NCBI GenBank assembly: GCA_010093605.1
Contig: MU004185.1
Location: forward strand, 641,334 to 705,333
Direction of reading: 5' to 3'
Source of the DNA: Lophium mytilinum
Lineage: Eukaryota
Length of the DNA: 64,000 nt
Below, in pieces: positions 25,625-37,085 of the stretch (position 1 is the first letter of the stretch; each line of letters opens with the position of its first letter). The notes below the pieces were generated by a model that was given only the letters and a program-made list of their open reading frames with translations, was not told the DNA's origin and did not search any database. The translations under genes and the position numbers were made by a program.

Positions 25625-28272
25625 CTAAGACGCTACAACTCTCACCTCCTTCGCAACAGCATGGCACAGCTCAACCCTGACCCCCGCGCCCGTCAACACA
25701 TGAATCCAAAGCCTCTGCGTGTCGCTCAACCGATCATTCTCACTCTTGACCTCCGCAAACATCACCTCTTTCTTCTCTAAATGCCACAGAAATAGGTCAG
25801 GCACTCCACCGCCCCTCTGTCCGTACTCCTGCGCCATAACTTTACATACTGTAGCTAGTGCACCACCGTCAAAGCACTGCACAATCTCGATCAAGTCGTC
25901 GAGCTCGTAGGACCAGTCTAGCCCCACGACGCAGGTTTTACGCTCGTGGTGCTCGTCCCATACGTTTCTGAGCAGACTTTCTGCGTCGCCGTTGCCAATT
26001 GAAGCGAGACGGCGGTTTATTTCGGAGATGCGGCTTGGGAAGAAGGCGTCGGTGTGGAGATCCAAAGGACATGTCTGGTAAGGGGTCTGGAATACGTTCG
26101 GAACATACGTGAAGAGCACATCGAAGAAGAGGTATCCAAACAGCGTCCGCACAATGCCGCCTTCGCTGTGATACCCCTTCCAACCTTGCGAGCGGTAATG
26201 TGAGAGGCACATTGCTTCGACAGAGCACTCGCCGTTGTCTTCGAGCGGGTCGAGCCAGATAGTCTTGGCGCCTCTTTTGCTGGTGCTGTTTGGGTGTGGT
26301 GAGCTAGTTCTCCGTCTGAGTGATGGGAGGTCCTCTTTCTCGATTCGGATGCCTTCGACGTTCACTTCGACTGCGGCCGCGAGGCGGACGTGGGAGAAGT
26401 CGTGTTGGGCGCGTTTGGCGATCTTGATGGCTTTCTCGAGTTTTGTAACGCGCTTTTGGAGGTCGTAGTGGTGGATTATGTGGACCATGTTGTCTTGTAG
26501 TCCGTCTTCGCACGTTTGAAGAGCGACACGTTTCCAGTGCTTCTTTTGTGCGTCGTCGCTGCGACCATCGGCGGGTGTTAGGGAGGCCATGTAGTGTTCC
26601 TCTAGCAAGGCTTTTCGTTGATACCATGCGCCTCTACGTGAGGCATGGAACAACCGTTGAGCGAGAAGCTCGGAAAGAAGCTCGTGCTCGCGCTTGTGTT
26701 GCTTGAGCTTCCCAACGACGTATGCAGCTTTGTGCACAATGCGAGTATAGACCCATGCTGGTGACAGTCTACGTAGATAGGCGCCCTCGCCGCTTTGGTA
26801 GACACGGTCCTCTTTTCGCTGCTCTTCTTTCAGTAAGGCTTGCCAGCGCGGATACACTTCTTGGAAGACATCTAGAATTTCTTGGAGCCCTGAATCCGTA
26901 GGTCTGCCGTTAAATTCGAGGATGTTATCAATTCGAAATTGGGTTCGTATGGAAGCTTCAAACTCCAATAGACTCGCACGTGACGAGAATATATTTGCTG
27001 AGCGTGACACAATGAACTCTGGGAAGTTGCGCCGCGCAATCTTAGCCAGTATGATGGTCGTCAAGGACTTTTCAGTCCATTCCGTAGACCGGTAGAAGAC
27101 TAGGTGGACCCTCTCGAATAGTTTCAATGGTGCCAATGTCAATCGAATACATGGTCCAGTCTCTTGAAGTATCTTGCGAGTAAAGTGAGTGTCTCGATTA
27201 GCTTCCGAGCTGTTGTCGTCTTCTGCATCAAGTTCAGCTGCTTCACTATCCATCCCGGATGCGGATGAGCGTCTCGAAGAATCCGTGTCGGAGCGCTTCA
27301 AGCCCACCCATCCTAGCCCTGCTTGTTTCTGGCTTGTCCGGCGTAGTGCTCTAAGCAATTCGCCTTTATTCTTCCCTTGCACCTTTGCATCTTTTGCGAG
27401 AGCTTTCAGCTCATCTAACTTCAGGAGAGATGACGCTTCTTCCAGCGTCTTGATCTCATCCTCAGATCTATCCGCAAATGTGAACTCATCACCAAGTGTA
27501 GTCCCTGCTGGTGGTTCCAACTCGCCTGGATTGGCTTGTACTTGGGAGGAGGAGGATGGTAGTGCTCTACTTTGTTGTAAAGATAGTATGGAGGTATCAA
27601 GGTCGGAAATATCACTATGATAGCCTAGCGAGTTGATGCGATGCCAACTAGCTGTCTTTCGGAGAAACAATCGGACGTATCTGAGACTATGTAAGCTACG
27701 GATGCTAGGTGGAGCTCCTGTGTGACCTAGCATGACATATCGACCTACAAATATTGGGCTTCATAGTCTAAATCTCGCCATCTCTCAAAGACTGTCATCT
27801 CAGCTTCATCAAACAGATGGCTCTCCTCGTCTAGGACAGTTTCTAGGGCCAGATTGAAGGCATCCACGTATATTGAGCTCTTGCCACGGATCCATGTCCG
27901 AGTGCTCAGCCGTCCTTCCGCATTCGCAGCCTCCTGATCTTGAGAGGCTTTGAACGCTTCGTATTCCTCGATAGCCTCCTCATCGGTACTAATAGGTGGC
28001 AGGGCGCTCTCCAGATCCGTCTTGTGGGGATTGGACAAAGGCTTTTCTCCATCTTCATCATCGATTCCATCATCGCCATGGTTCCGGGCTCCAAGCTTGG
28101 GCGATGGTGGAGCAGAGGCGGTCTCCGAGACGTCGTCGGTGTCTAGCCGCTGCAGTCGCTGTCGCTTCAGTGGTCGGCTGTCGTCGTCATCGAAGTTTGT
28201 CGATTTAGGGTGTTTTATGAAGCGTCCGAGCATTTGGTTGTGTTTTGTAGGACTTTGAGCCTGAAGAGCCAT
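25625..28272 (-). CDS. FAN1: Fanconi-associated nuclease 1 (VRR-NUC domain); intron 27681-27748; start at 28272 or 28233
   Basis: SSIYVDAF, YVRLFLRK, SAP-like LKLDELKALAK, CSVEAMCL, GYHSEGGI, PLDL, GGVPDLFLW, EVKSENDRLSDTQRLW. Confidence 0.93.
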
Positions 28273-28310
28273 GGTGTGCACGTTTCGGGGAGCATTCAAG
28301 GCTAAAAGAA

Positions 28311-28604
28311 ACGCGTCAAAGACGCGAAATACAAACACGAGATCACGCCGCCAAGGATTTATCTGCACGCTACGTTAAGGACGACTTGTCCGTCGCTGTT
28401 ACATGGAGTTGTCCTTTACACGTTAAGGCGTTCATCTGGCCAAGCAACTGCTATACGGGGAGATCAAGGGTTGGAAGATATCCCACCAATACTCGTAGGA
28501 TATTTCTGGACCAGCCTTTCTTTTCGTTGCGTTTCTATTCTGTCTTTGATTCATCGCTACCAATTCTATCAAGCTACCTTTCTCTCACTATTTCAAACGC
28601 GAAA
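28311..28604. promoter_or_regulatory. MCB/SCB-like elements upstream of FAN1
   Basis: ACGCGT 28311, ACGCGAAA 28322, ACGCGAAA 28597; typical of MBF/SBF-regulated DNA-repair genes. Confidence 0.5.
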
Positions 28605-29011
28605 ACCAGATCTAAATAGGGCCTTAATGAACGATCTCATGCATTGAGGTTTAATTCCTGGTCGAAACACAAAAGGCGGAATTTTAGAGCTGGTTTGCAG
28701 TCGATATTCACAACATTCTAGACAATTCAATTCACTGGAGCCAGTCGAGAAGCACTAATCAGTTACAAAGGTAATCAACAGCACCACAAAGACACTCGAT
28801 TGAAGGGCACTCGGATACGCAGATTGAGTGCCTTTTTACATCACCACATACCTACGCAAAGGGAAACGGAAGAGATTATCAGAGCATACGTCCTACTTAC
28901 GCAATGGAGTACAAAACATGCTCTCTTATGTGTACACTACACTTTAATAGCACCGTCCACAGGAACATCAAGAACCCTTCCCGCGTTGATTCCATGGTGG
29001 TTACCGGCCAT

Positions 29012-29454
29012 TCAATCGTAAGCCGGGTTCTCCTCGAACCATTTCAAATTCATACTATACCACTCCCGCCACTCCTCTTCCGCCGCATCTGTCTGGCCTG
29101 TAGCCTTTCCTTCTTCATCCCATTCCCACTGACTAAATCTATCCGTATCCTCTCGCAGTGGAAGCACTCTGCGACACCATCTCAATTCTCCAAAGGGATC
29201 ATCGTCGTCATCACTTCAGCAGAGTCCAATCGCGTGACTCCCATCGTCGAAAAAGTCATGTGCGTAAACTGCCATAACTTTCTCGGGCATGTCCTCTTTC
29301 TCAAAAGTGGGGTTGTGGAAGATTTCCTTGGGGTCTGCGCGATTCGCGATCGCCCAGCCCATACTCCTTGAAATTTCTTTGACTTTGATGGATTCTTGTA
29401 CTCTTTTCTCGAACTTATGAGAGATTGCGGATCAGATACTTCCTGGTTAGACAT
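29012..29454 (-). pseudogene. Disrupted tandem paralog of the 29622-30077 orphan gene (frameshift near 29414-29436; in-frame TGA at 29216-29218)
   Basis: Manual translation KFEKRVQESIKVKEISRSMGWAIANRADPKEIFHNPTFEKEDMPEKVMAVYAHDFFDDGSHAIGLC*SDDDDDPFGELRWCRR...EEEWREWYSMNLKWFEENPAYD* aligns by eye with the neighbouring 151-aa protein. Confidence 0.65.
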
Positions 29455-29621
29455 AGCTGGATCGGATGATAAGACTGAAAGTACGTAGCACCCCCCAAGA
29501 CTTTTAAACAGGACACTCTATCGAACAGCAATCCTCTAACCACTTCTTTGACAAACGTAATCCACCCACAATGCTTGCCGCTCGCGCACTTGACTCACCT
29601 CCCACGGCCACATGAGCCATC

Positions 29622-30077
29622 TCAAACCGTCATAACTTCATACCCCGACTCGCTGTAGTACGCGTCAAGCGCCCCACGCCAGATCTTCCATACCTCTTTC
29701 ATAGGTTTCGGTGCACCATCTATCTCCACCTCCTTTTCATCATCCTTCGTGACGACATTCCAAATCCCATCCTCTTTTTTGAATCCTGGCCCCTCGTCGT
29801 GGTCAAGTTTCCAGTACCAACACTTGTCCACGACGTTACCGTCCTTATCGTACTTCCAACCAAAGCCCATGACATCGCCATCGTCGGCGAAATACTTTTC
29901 TGTGAATATCATCGTGACCAGCGGTGGCATTTCGTCTTTCGTAAAGCCAGCGGAGTTAGCGGTAACGCTGTCGTGCTGTTTGATAAGGTTCCACGCTGAA
30001 TCGCCTGAATATTCGGGCATGAGCAGGAAGTCGGAGGTGAAGTTCACTCGTGGAGCGAATACGTCAGTCCTACTCAT
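29622..30077 (-). CDS. Orphan acidic, Trp/aromatic-rich hypothetical protein (151 aa)
   Basis: Uninterrupted ORF with atcATG context and globular-looking composition; the adjacent paralogous sequence supports coding status; no family recognised. Confidence 0.7.
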   Translation of the reverse strand: MSRTDVFAPRVNFTSDFLLMPEYSGDSAWNLIKQHDSVTANSAGFTKDEMPPLVTMIFTEKYFADDGDVMGFGWKYDKDGNVVDKCWYWKLDHDEGPGFKKEDGIWNVVTKDDEKEVEIDGAPKPMKEVWKIWRGALDAYYSESGYEVMTV

Positions 30078-30900
30078 GATATCCTAAGATTTCCCGTTTA
30101 GTAGGCTTCTGCTTGGCAGGGTACGCTGGTGCTGTTGAAGTCTCGCGATATCGACCACGTAGTGCTTGAGAAAGCTCTATTAAGTAGACCTGTTCACAGC
30201 AGTGACGTTAGACAGATCGTGTGGCTTTCCCCTTTCGTCATGCGGTGAAGTCAGCTCACTCCTGCAAACGATCGAGCAATTGAACACGATCATCGTAGAA
30301 GTATCCATGTAGTCATGTTCGCTTTAGATGACCAATGCTATTGCACTCGTGGTAGATGCAAACCAGTGGCAAGCTTTCCAGTCTCGTAGGGCGGCCAAAA
30401 CTACTCAACGCAGGAGGTCTTCGTGGGCTGTAAAGGTGCTGAAGATGAGTGCTTTCTCCTTTGAGCGCCCGAGCAGAGATTCGAAAATCTGATAATCCCA
30501 CCCGCCATTGATTCGAAGCTCACTAAATTTGTCCATTGAACTTGCCATGGATAGCCATACGAAGAGCCCATGACTCCTCCTGTAGACCATAGATGTCCGG
30601 TGCTCAGAGGCGACAATAATCACTGATAACGTGTGTTAGCGAGATCACAATGAAACTTAATGGCTGAGACTCACTACTCCTGCAGCGACATCTGGGTCCC
30701 GAACTCTAAGCAACATATGCTTTGGATCCTTGTTAAGGGGGGTAACGTCGAAGTGTCTCTTGGTCGAAGACGCCGTGCTAGACAGCAGAACGGGGGGAAG
30801 ATTCGTTGAATGATAGCACTGTTAGATCTAACCCTTAGCCGTCGCTATTTGACGAGGCCCGAGATGATGGGTAGATTGTCCGTGGCATCTGATTGGTTCT

Positions 30901-32016
30901 TCACCTAGAAGCTTTCTTCTTCTCATATTTCACCCACTTATGCATCTTCTCTTCGTAACCGGCACTCTCACCTATGTGGCCTTCAGCCCAACACTTCCTA
31001 CAATAGAGGTCTCCATCGCATCCTCTACACCTCACAGTAGCATCATCGTTACAGATGACGCACCATGTTTCGATTTCTTCATCCTTGAAAGGTATCGACT
31101 TTGTGACCTTGATTGGTTTCTTCGAGGGATGGAAAGAAGGTGCAGAGGGGAGAGACAACGCATTCATTCGCGCCGTGAGGGCATCTTCCATCGTCTTTGC
31201 GCGCGTGAAATCGTCGTCCTCGTCTGCATTTTGAGCAGGGGAGATCGGCTGAGTAGATGGAGCAGCCGGTAGTTCCAAGTCGCCTCCACTAGATCTAGAT
31301 GGGGATGTAGCTTCTTTAGGATTCTTATTGTCATCGTCGCTTGTCTTTTCTGGATTTGCGGCCTTCGAGTCAGGATGCTCATGCTCTCCACCATTATTCG
31401 AAGCATCGTCCTGATCCTCCCCACCACCATATTTCTTCCTGAGCGCCAAATCTGCGAGTATTTGTGCAATATATTCATCTGCCTCCGTTTCATCCATGGC
31501 ATCTTCGACTTCATCATCTTCGCCGTTCTTTCCCTCGTGAGGCACCTGCTCATCCTTTACTTCCGCATCTCCACCACGGCTCTCTCCATTCCCTCGAGCA
31601 TGCTCACGAGTCTGATTAAGCTCTGGCAATATCCTTCGTGCCTCCTGTACTAGTTTTCCTAAGTCGCCCTGGTCTTTCCCGCCTATATCCCATTGTGACC
31701 CAGATCCCAGCTCTTTCAGTAGCTCTTCCAAGCTCCTCTCGTCTTCATCGTTATGTTTCGAATCTCGTCCGAGACCTTCGGCTACCCCTTCAAGGTAAGT
31801 AGCTGCACCCGGAGCTATGGTTGGAGCTGTGATTCCAGGGCTGGCGTTCGTGCCGCCTAGCCTTCGGAAGCGGGCGGCGAGGTCGTCCTCATCTTTGAGA
31901 GGTGGTGTCGAGGCAGAGGGCGAAGCTATAGAGGGCGAGCTCGATACTTCTACATGTGTTCTCTTGAGCGCGTTCAGACGGGCAAGTAGAGCATCGTCAT
32001 CATCTAGTGGTGGCAT
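30901..32016 (-). CDS. ZFYVE19/ANCHR-like protein with a C-terminal B-box-type zinc finger
   Basis: Repeated LxARLxxL motifs; C-terminal WCVICNDDATVRCRGCDGDLYCRKCWAEGH..H; probable start at ATG 32016. Confidence 0.75.
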   Translation of the reverse strand: MPPLDDDDALLARLNALKRTHVEVSSSPSIASPSASTPPLKDEDDLAARFRRLGGTNASPGITAPTIAPGAATYLEGVAEGLGRDSKHNDEDERSLEELLKELGSGSQWDIGGKDQGDLGKLVQEARRILPELNQTREHARGNGESRGGDAEVKDEQVPHEGKNGEDDEVEDAMDETEADEYIAQILADLALRKKYGGGEDQDDASNNGGEHEHPDSKAANPEKTSDDDNKNPKEATSPSRSSGGDLELPAAPSTQPISPAQNADEDDDFTRAKTMEDALTARMNALSLPSAPSFHPSKKPIKVTKSIPFKDEEIETWCVICNDDATVRCRGCDGDLYCRKCWAEGHIGESAGYEEKMHKWVKYEKKKASR

Positions 32017-32275
32017 GGTGAGTAGTGGGTGGCGGGGTTGTTCGTGTGCGCAATGTCTCGAGTTCGAGATGACAGTCGGCACGTGCTTAGACCCAACCAT
32101 GGGACGAATTAGCATACTCGTATTTGGGGAAACAGCCTGTATAACTACACATTCTTAGTAAGAAAGGATTCGTGTCCTTCGATTGCACTATCAAGTCGAA
32201 AGCGAGAGTGCTGCTGATAAGAGCTTTACTATTCTATACATAGTTGTACTGCAATCAGACAATGCTCTATTGCCA

Positions 32276-34385
32276 CTACCAATTCCATATTAACCAGAGA
32301 TACCAGACAAATACAATGCTTCCCACCCTGACGATGCTCCATTTTAACTCCGCGGTGAAAAGTGAAAATCCCTTCAGCTTCTTAGGTCTCCGTCTCGCAC
32401 TAGTATTTACACTGGGCTCTGGTGACTCTTCTGTTTGCGGGAAATAACCCGCATGCTGAACCAAGGGGTATGTATACTTCGAGTCTGTAGCAGGAAGGCC
32501 GTAACCACTTGCGGGACTCGCGCTGCGAGTTCGTGCATTCGAGGTTCGAATGGACAATTTTCTTTGATTTGCCGAAGCAGAGGACTTAGACGAAGAACCG
32601 TCGGAAGAGCCCGATTGGCGAGAGTAGATCTCAGCCTTCTCCGTTTCCGCCGAAGATGTGTATTCTGAGGTTGGAAGGACGGGGCCGTCGACGTGAATTA
32701 GGTTCGACGAAACCCGTCCAGCTACAACAAGCATAGCCCGGACAGCTAGGAGGAACACTGTGAGCCCGAAGAGGTTGGCGTAACGGATGAACAAGCTGAG
32801 CTGGTCAGGCAAAAGACATAGATGGCTCTGTACGGTAGGAGCTCCAGCATCGAACCCGTCGTCCTTGCTGGTAGCTATGTTGTTGCCGTGGCTGTCAATG
32901 GGATTCCACAAACTCAGCATAACAACGCCCGGCTTTCGAACACCCATCGCCCAGGATATAGACTTGACGGTAATTTCTCGGATGCCACCACCAGCGGACG
33001 AATATCCACGATGCACAACCTCACAGTAGTCGTGGTCATCCCCTGAAAACGCATACCCGATATTCTCAATCTTCTCAGTGATGGTCTTGGTGAGTTCTTT
33101 GGCCACGACATTTTGGTACTGGTAGCCTCCCCGTACTGCAATCGCGTTTCGCTCGTCTATTTCCAAAGTCTCCTTTTGTCCCTTGGGTGGTGGTGAAGGC
33201 GGCCAATGTTCCCTCATTGGCCCGCAGGGAGTTCCCTTATCACGATAAAGTGGAACATGGCTAAGTAGTATCGTTGGAAAATCGGAAAGGGCGTCCTCGA
33301 AACGCGGTAATTCAGCCTTTGCAAGTTCCTCCGTGCCGAATATTGTGTGTTTGAAAGGTAAGTTTGGCTGAAGGCCTTGTTGGGTTCGAAGCTCCCGTAA
33401 CATCGCTCGTCTCTTGTTAGCTTTCGCGTTATCCAAAAAGTCCATGGTAGGCCTCCATAAGTCTTCCACTGAATGCGGGTCCTCCTGTCCTAGGGCGCTG
33501 AACGAGACAGTGTCCACAGACACGAATGTATGATTCCCAATGATGTCAATCCGGTTGCCATCTCCGAAATACGCATTGAATCTCTTGCGCACTGACATCT
33601 GAATGCCTTTCCCAAAGCCCAAGTCATGGTTACCGGGCAAGCTGCTGATGATTTTGCGCCCTGGTTGGCCAGGCCTTGGTGTCATCCCTCCATCGCCCCA
33701 ATGGTCAAAGAATATACGACCAAATCGATTGTATTCCCGAAGCCAAAAGCTGTCGCCGTATTTCCTCCATTGCGCTTCTGGACTGACCGTTGATCGGGTA
33801 GACCACTCGCGTCCACCATCAAAGAGATCTCCCAGAAAGAATACGGTGTCAGGGTATAGGTCCATTTGTATACGGGAGAATGTTCGACGAATATACGCAT
33901 CCGTGAACTTAACGGTAAGTGCCGACAATGGCCAGGGTCGTCCGGGGTAGGTATGCGGATCTACTAACTGAGGGTCCGCTACGAAAACGAGTCTATGCGG
34001 CGATGCATCCTGGGGCTTCACGTACAGTCAGTGTCTTGATATATAGAGGGCGGAGTGGATCTGGCAGTAGCAAGCTAAGGAGAACACGAACCCATTTCTC
34101 CCAATTGTCCCATTGGCAGTTGGCGATGCTGCTTGTAAAGACTGATCGTTCCCCCCAGTAGAGAACCACGAACCAGACGAGTGCTATCCCCTTTACTAGC
34201 GTCAAGACACTACGGATAGTCCAACGCCCAGTTCTCCATTGTTGGTACTTTTCTGAAAGCCATGGTATGATGTACTGAATAGCGAATGCGTGGAGCTGGT
34301 GTAGAATGCGTGCGGCGAAGCTCGGAGGTGGAGGATACTGGTTTTGTGCGCCTACAGGGAAGCCATAGTCGTCGTAGGCTGTCAT
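32276..34385 (-). CDS. CDC1: Cdc1/PGAP5-like membrane metallophosphoesterase (GPI remodelling / Mn homeostasis); intron 34016-34091
   Basis: VADPQLVD, FLGDLFDGG, PGNHDLG, LSHVPLY, FSGDDHDYC, KSISWAMG, CLLPDQ; N- and C-terminal TM helices. Confidence 0.85.
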
Positions 34386-35159
34386 GATACTGGCGGGAGG
34401 AGGTGGAGAAGCTGCCACAGCATCTTTTGCAAGCTGTTCGCAATTATTGTCGCATGTGATGGGGATGGAGGCGTGGAGGCGTAGGTGAACTTCTTGTGAT
34501 CGCCGAGAACCCTGTTAAGGGGACCTGTTATTCGGTTACGTTGCCGCTTACGTGGGCGTTTTACTTCGACGTCTATCAATTCACGATCACATGAACGCGG
34601 CTCTGATTTTCAGGGGAGCAAATCATTCGAATCCAGAGACTGCTTGCTGGCAGACAGCTTCACCTAAAATTATTGTCTAACCAGTGTCACCATAAAATAA
34701 ACCTCGTAAATTAGAGTCGCCTGAGTCAGATTTGGATGATTGAAGGCTTTCCATTAAATCAGAAGTCTAAGCCGACTTCATGGAATATAGAGAATCACCT
34801 TCGAGCTGTTTCATAGCCCTGGATTTGTAGATAGAGGTGCTTAAAAATTGCTATCATCTTTGATGCGCCTACCTCCTCATCCACACGTATTAGAGAAACA
34901 TGTAGATTGCACGGGGACACTCATATACTCTTCGATATGTGTAATAGGGGCTACTAGCTTGATCAGGTCAAACCAATCCCATAATCACCATTTTCTGACC
35001 CTTTAAGACCATTTAAGATGAGTAGCTAGCCCTAGTATGCACGATGTTCTACCTGGGCAGTCGCACGAAGAGCTCAATGTGCCCCTTACGCCATATCTTC
35101 AAGCATTCCATTCGCCGGAGTAGACGCTCACGAGCTTACCTCCTCGGTAAGAAACGTGA

Positions 35160-36818
35160 TCATTTCTTGAAGACGAGTTTGAACTTGAAAGCAATCTGGA
35201 ATGCCGGGTCTTGTATAGCAACTTCTTCACCGTCTGATACTAGCTCGCTGAGAGTCTTGGATAGATTGGGTCTTGTCTGCTCTTCAAGCGCTGGAGGTGA
35301 TTGATAGTACAGAGACTTCGCCTCTGTTCGAATGGTGGGCTTCTTGAGTTGTCTATTTTGTCGTCAGCAACTGAAAGGCCTATTGACTCGGGTCAACTCA
35401 CGCTTCCGGCCTCTCTGCTAAACTATCGATGAACTCCTGGAGCGTAGATTTCGAGTCTACTTCAAGATTCTTGGCGAGATTGCCACAAACAGGGCAATCT
35501 GGCTTCTTCATGTGCTGGAAGGTGTAAGTGTAGACGCTCTCGTCCCCGGTATACATCATGTAGTTGTCGGTCTCGGGAATACCCAAGAAAGGGTTGCTGT
35601 TAGTAGCCAGTTTGAATGCCTCGTTGCAGCAACTCGCAGCAACAATAGCGTTCGTGGATGCTATGGCCGGTATGATGTTCTTCACGACTCCCTGGGTCAT
35701 AGAGTACGTGACTCCAGAGATGTTGAACTCTTGGGCTCGCTTCAAGGCCTTTTGGAAGAGCCAGGTAATATGTTCTGGATCATCTGTGTCGAGGGTGATG
35801 TCTAGAATAGCATGAGCACAACAAAGAAGCAATGATTTGAATTTCTCTTACCCTTGCGCTCTTCTTCCCAGGCAATGATGTGAGCCCATTCAATGCAATG
35901 CTGAGGCTGTCGGGGAATAGTTGCTAGCGTGCAAAGGGGCACCGCTGCTCGTGGTGCATGCATATCAAGTTGGCATTCTATGCAAGATGTCATCGTAGGG
36001 AATACAACCCTTGCCTGGCCCTTGAAGCCTATAGAGTGTTAGAACTCTAGACGAAATAATTGTTGAGTGTCGTTAAATTACCCTCCGTTCCACCGTCAAT
36101 CAGAGGCTTCAAGCTGTCCGGGTCCTCTTCGTTGAACAACCCAACGAGGGTGGCATTGATCCAACGACGGGCTTCAATGCTATCGAGTCCACACACGACC
36201 ATTGCGAACTGCATGTAATAGTCATCGTCCTTGTCCTGGATTTTGCCGCAGTATGGCGTGATCTTGACGCCCTTTACCCGCTTCTCAACGAAACGCGCAG
36301 CGACATCAGCTTTGTATTTGCCTACATCGGCGTGACGAAAGAGAAACTGTCGATTCAGATTCGAAACGTCGATGGTATCTGGAACCGAGATCAGCCTTGA
36401 ACTGAGCCGCTGGGCATCAAATCGTACCCATATCAATCACGTGAATGTCTTTGAAACCAGAGAGAGCAAGGTTCTTCAGAATCTCGCATCCTAAACCGCC
36501 TGCGCCGCTGCACGAGGTTAGCTTGGAAGGGACCTCAATTAGTCGGTTTTGACGCACATGACCCTAAGAACGTTAGCAGAAATTTACCGTCAGGGCAAAT
36601 TTGCGTCCATACAATATCTTTGCTCTTGACAAGCCTTCAATGACTGCTTCACCAGGCTCCCAGTCTGGATCTGTGAAGGGTCCCGGCCGGCTCAGAATCT
36701 TGTCGAGATACTTCCTGCGGACTGGAATCAGCAGCTGAAAACAAGCCAATAGGATCCTTATTTACCATCTTAGTCTCTGGGGGTCAGCCCCATTCATGTG
36801 GGCGGGGTCTGCTGCCAT
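35160..36818 (-). CDS. UBA3: NEDD8-activating enzyme E1 catalytic subunit; 8 exons including a 6-nt microexon (36558-36563)
   Basis: [58 protein letters not shown], catalytic [27 protein letters not shown]. Introns at about 36715-36765, 36564-36612, 36508-36557, 36379-36427, 36029-36081, 35802-35851 and 35353-35401. Confidence 0.95.
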
Positions 36819-37085
36819 GCTGTAGTAGTGGTAACAGGACGACGGCTTGCGTGAAGTTGAAGTGATCAAGGACAGGCACCCATTTATACGGGTCGATGTC
36901 GCCTAGTGAAGGAGGCCCGTGCGTAAGGCGTAGCGCCACCTTATTAAGCTTGCACCTTTCAGTATTCAGCTATCATTTGTCCCCCCAGCAGAAGAAACTC
37001 ATCACAGATGAGGATCACAGAACGTACCTGACCTCTCTTCATCCGTAACGGCCTGTCAACCCGTCCGACTCATAGAAAATGAGAG

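Noticed and set aside
29216..29218. Selenocysteine or RIP as the explanation for the in-frame TGA
   Set aside because: It aligns with Trp rather than Cys, and Dikarya lack the Sec machinery. TGG to TGA is not the typical RIP CpA-to-TpA change, and the region is not TpA-rich.
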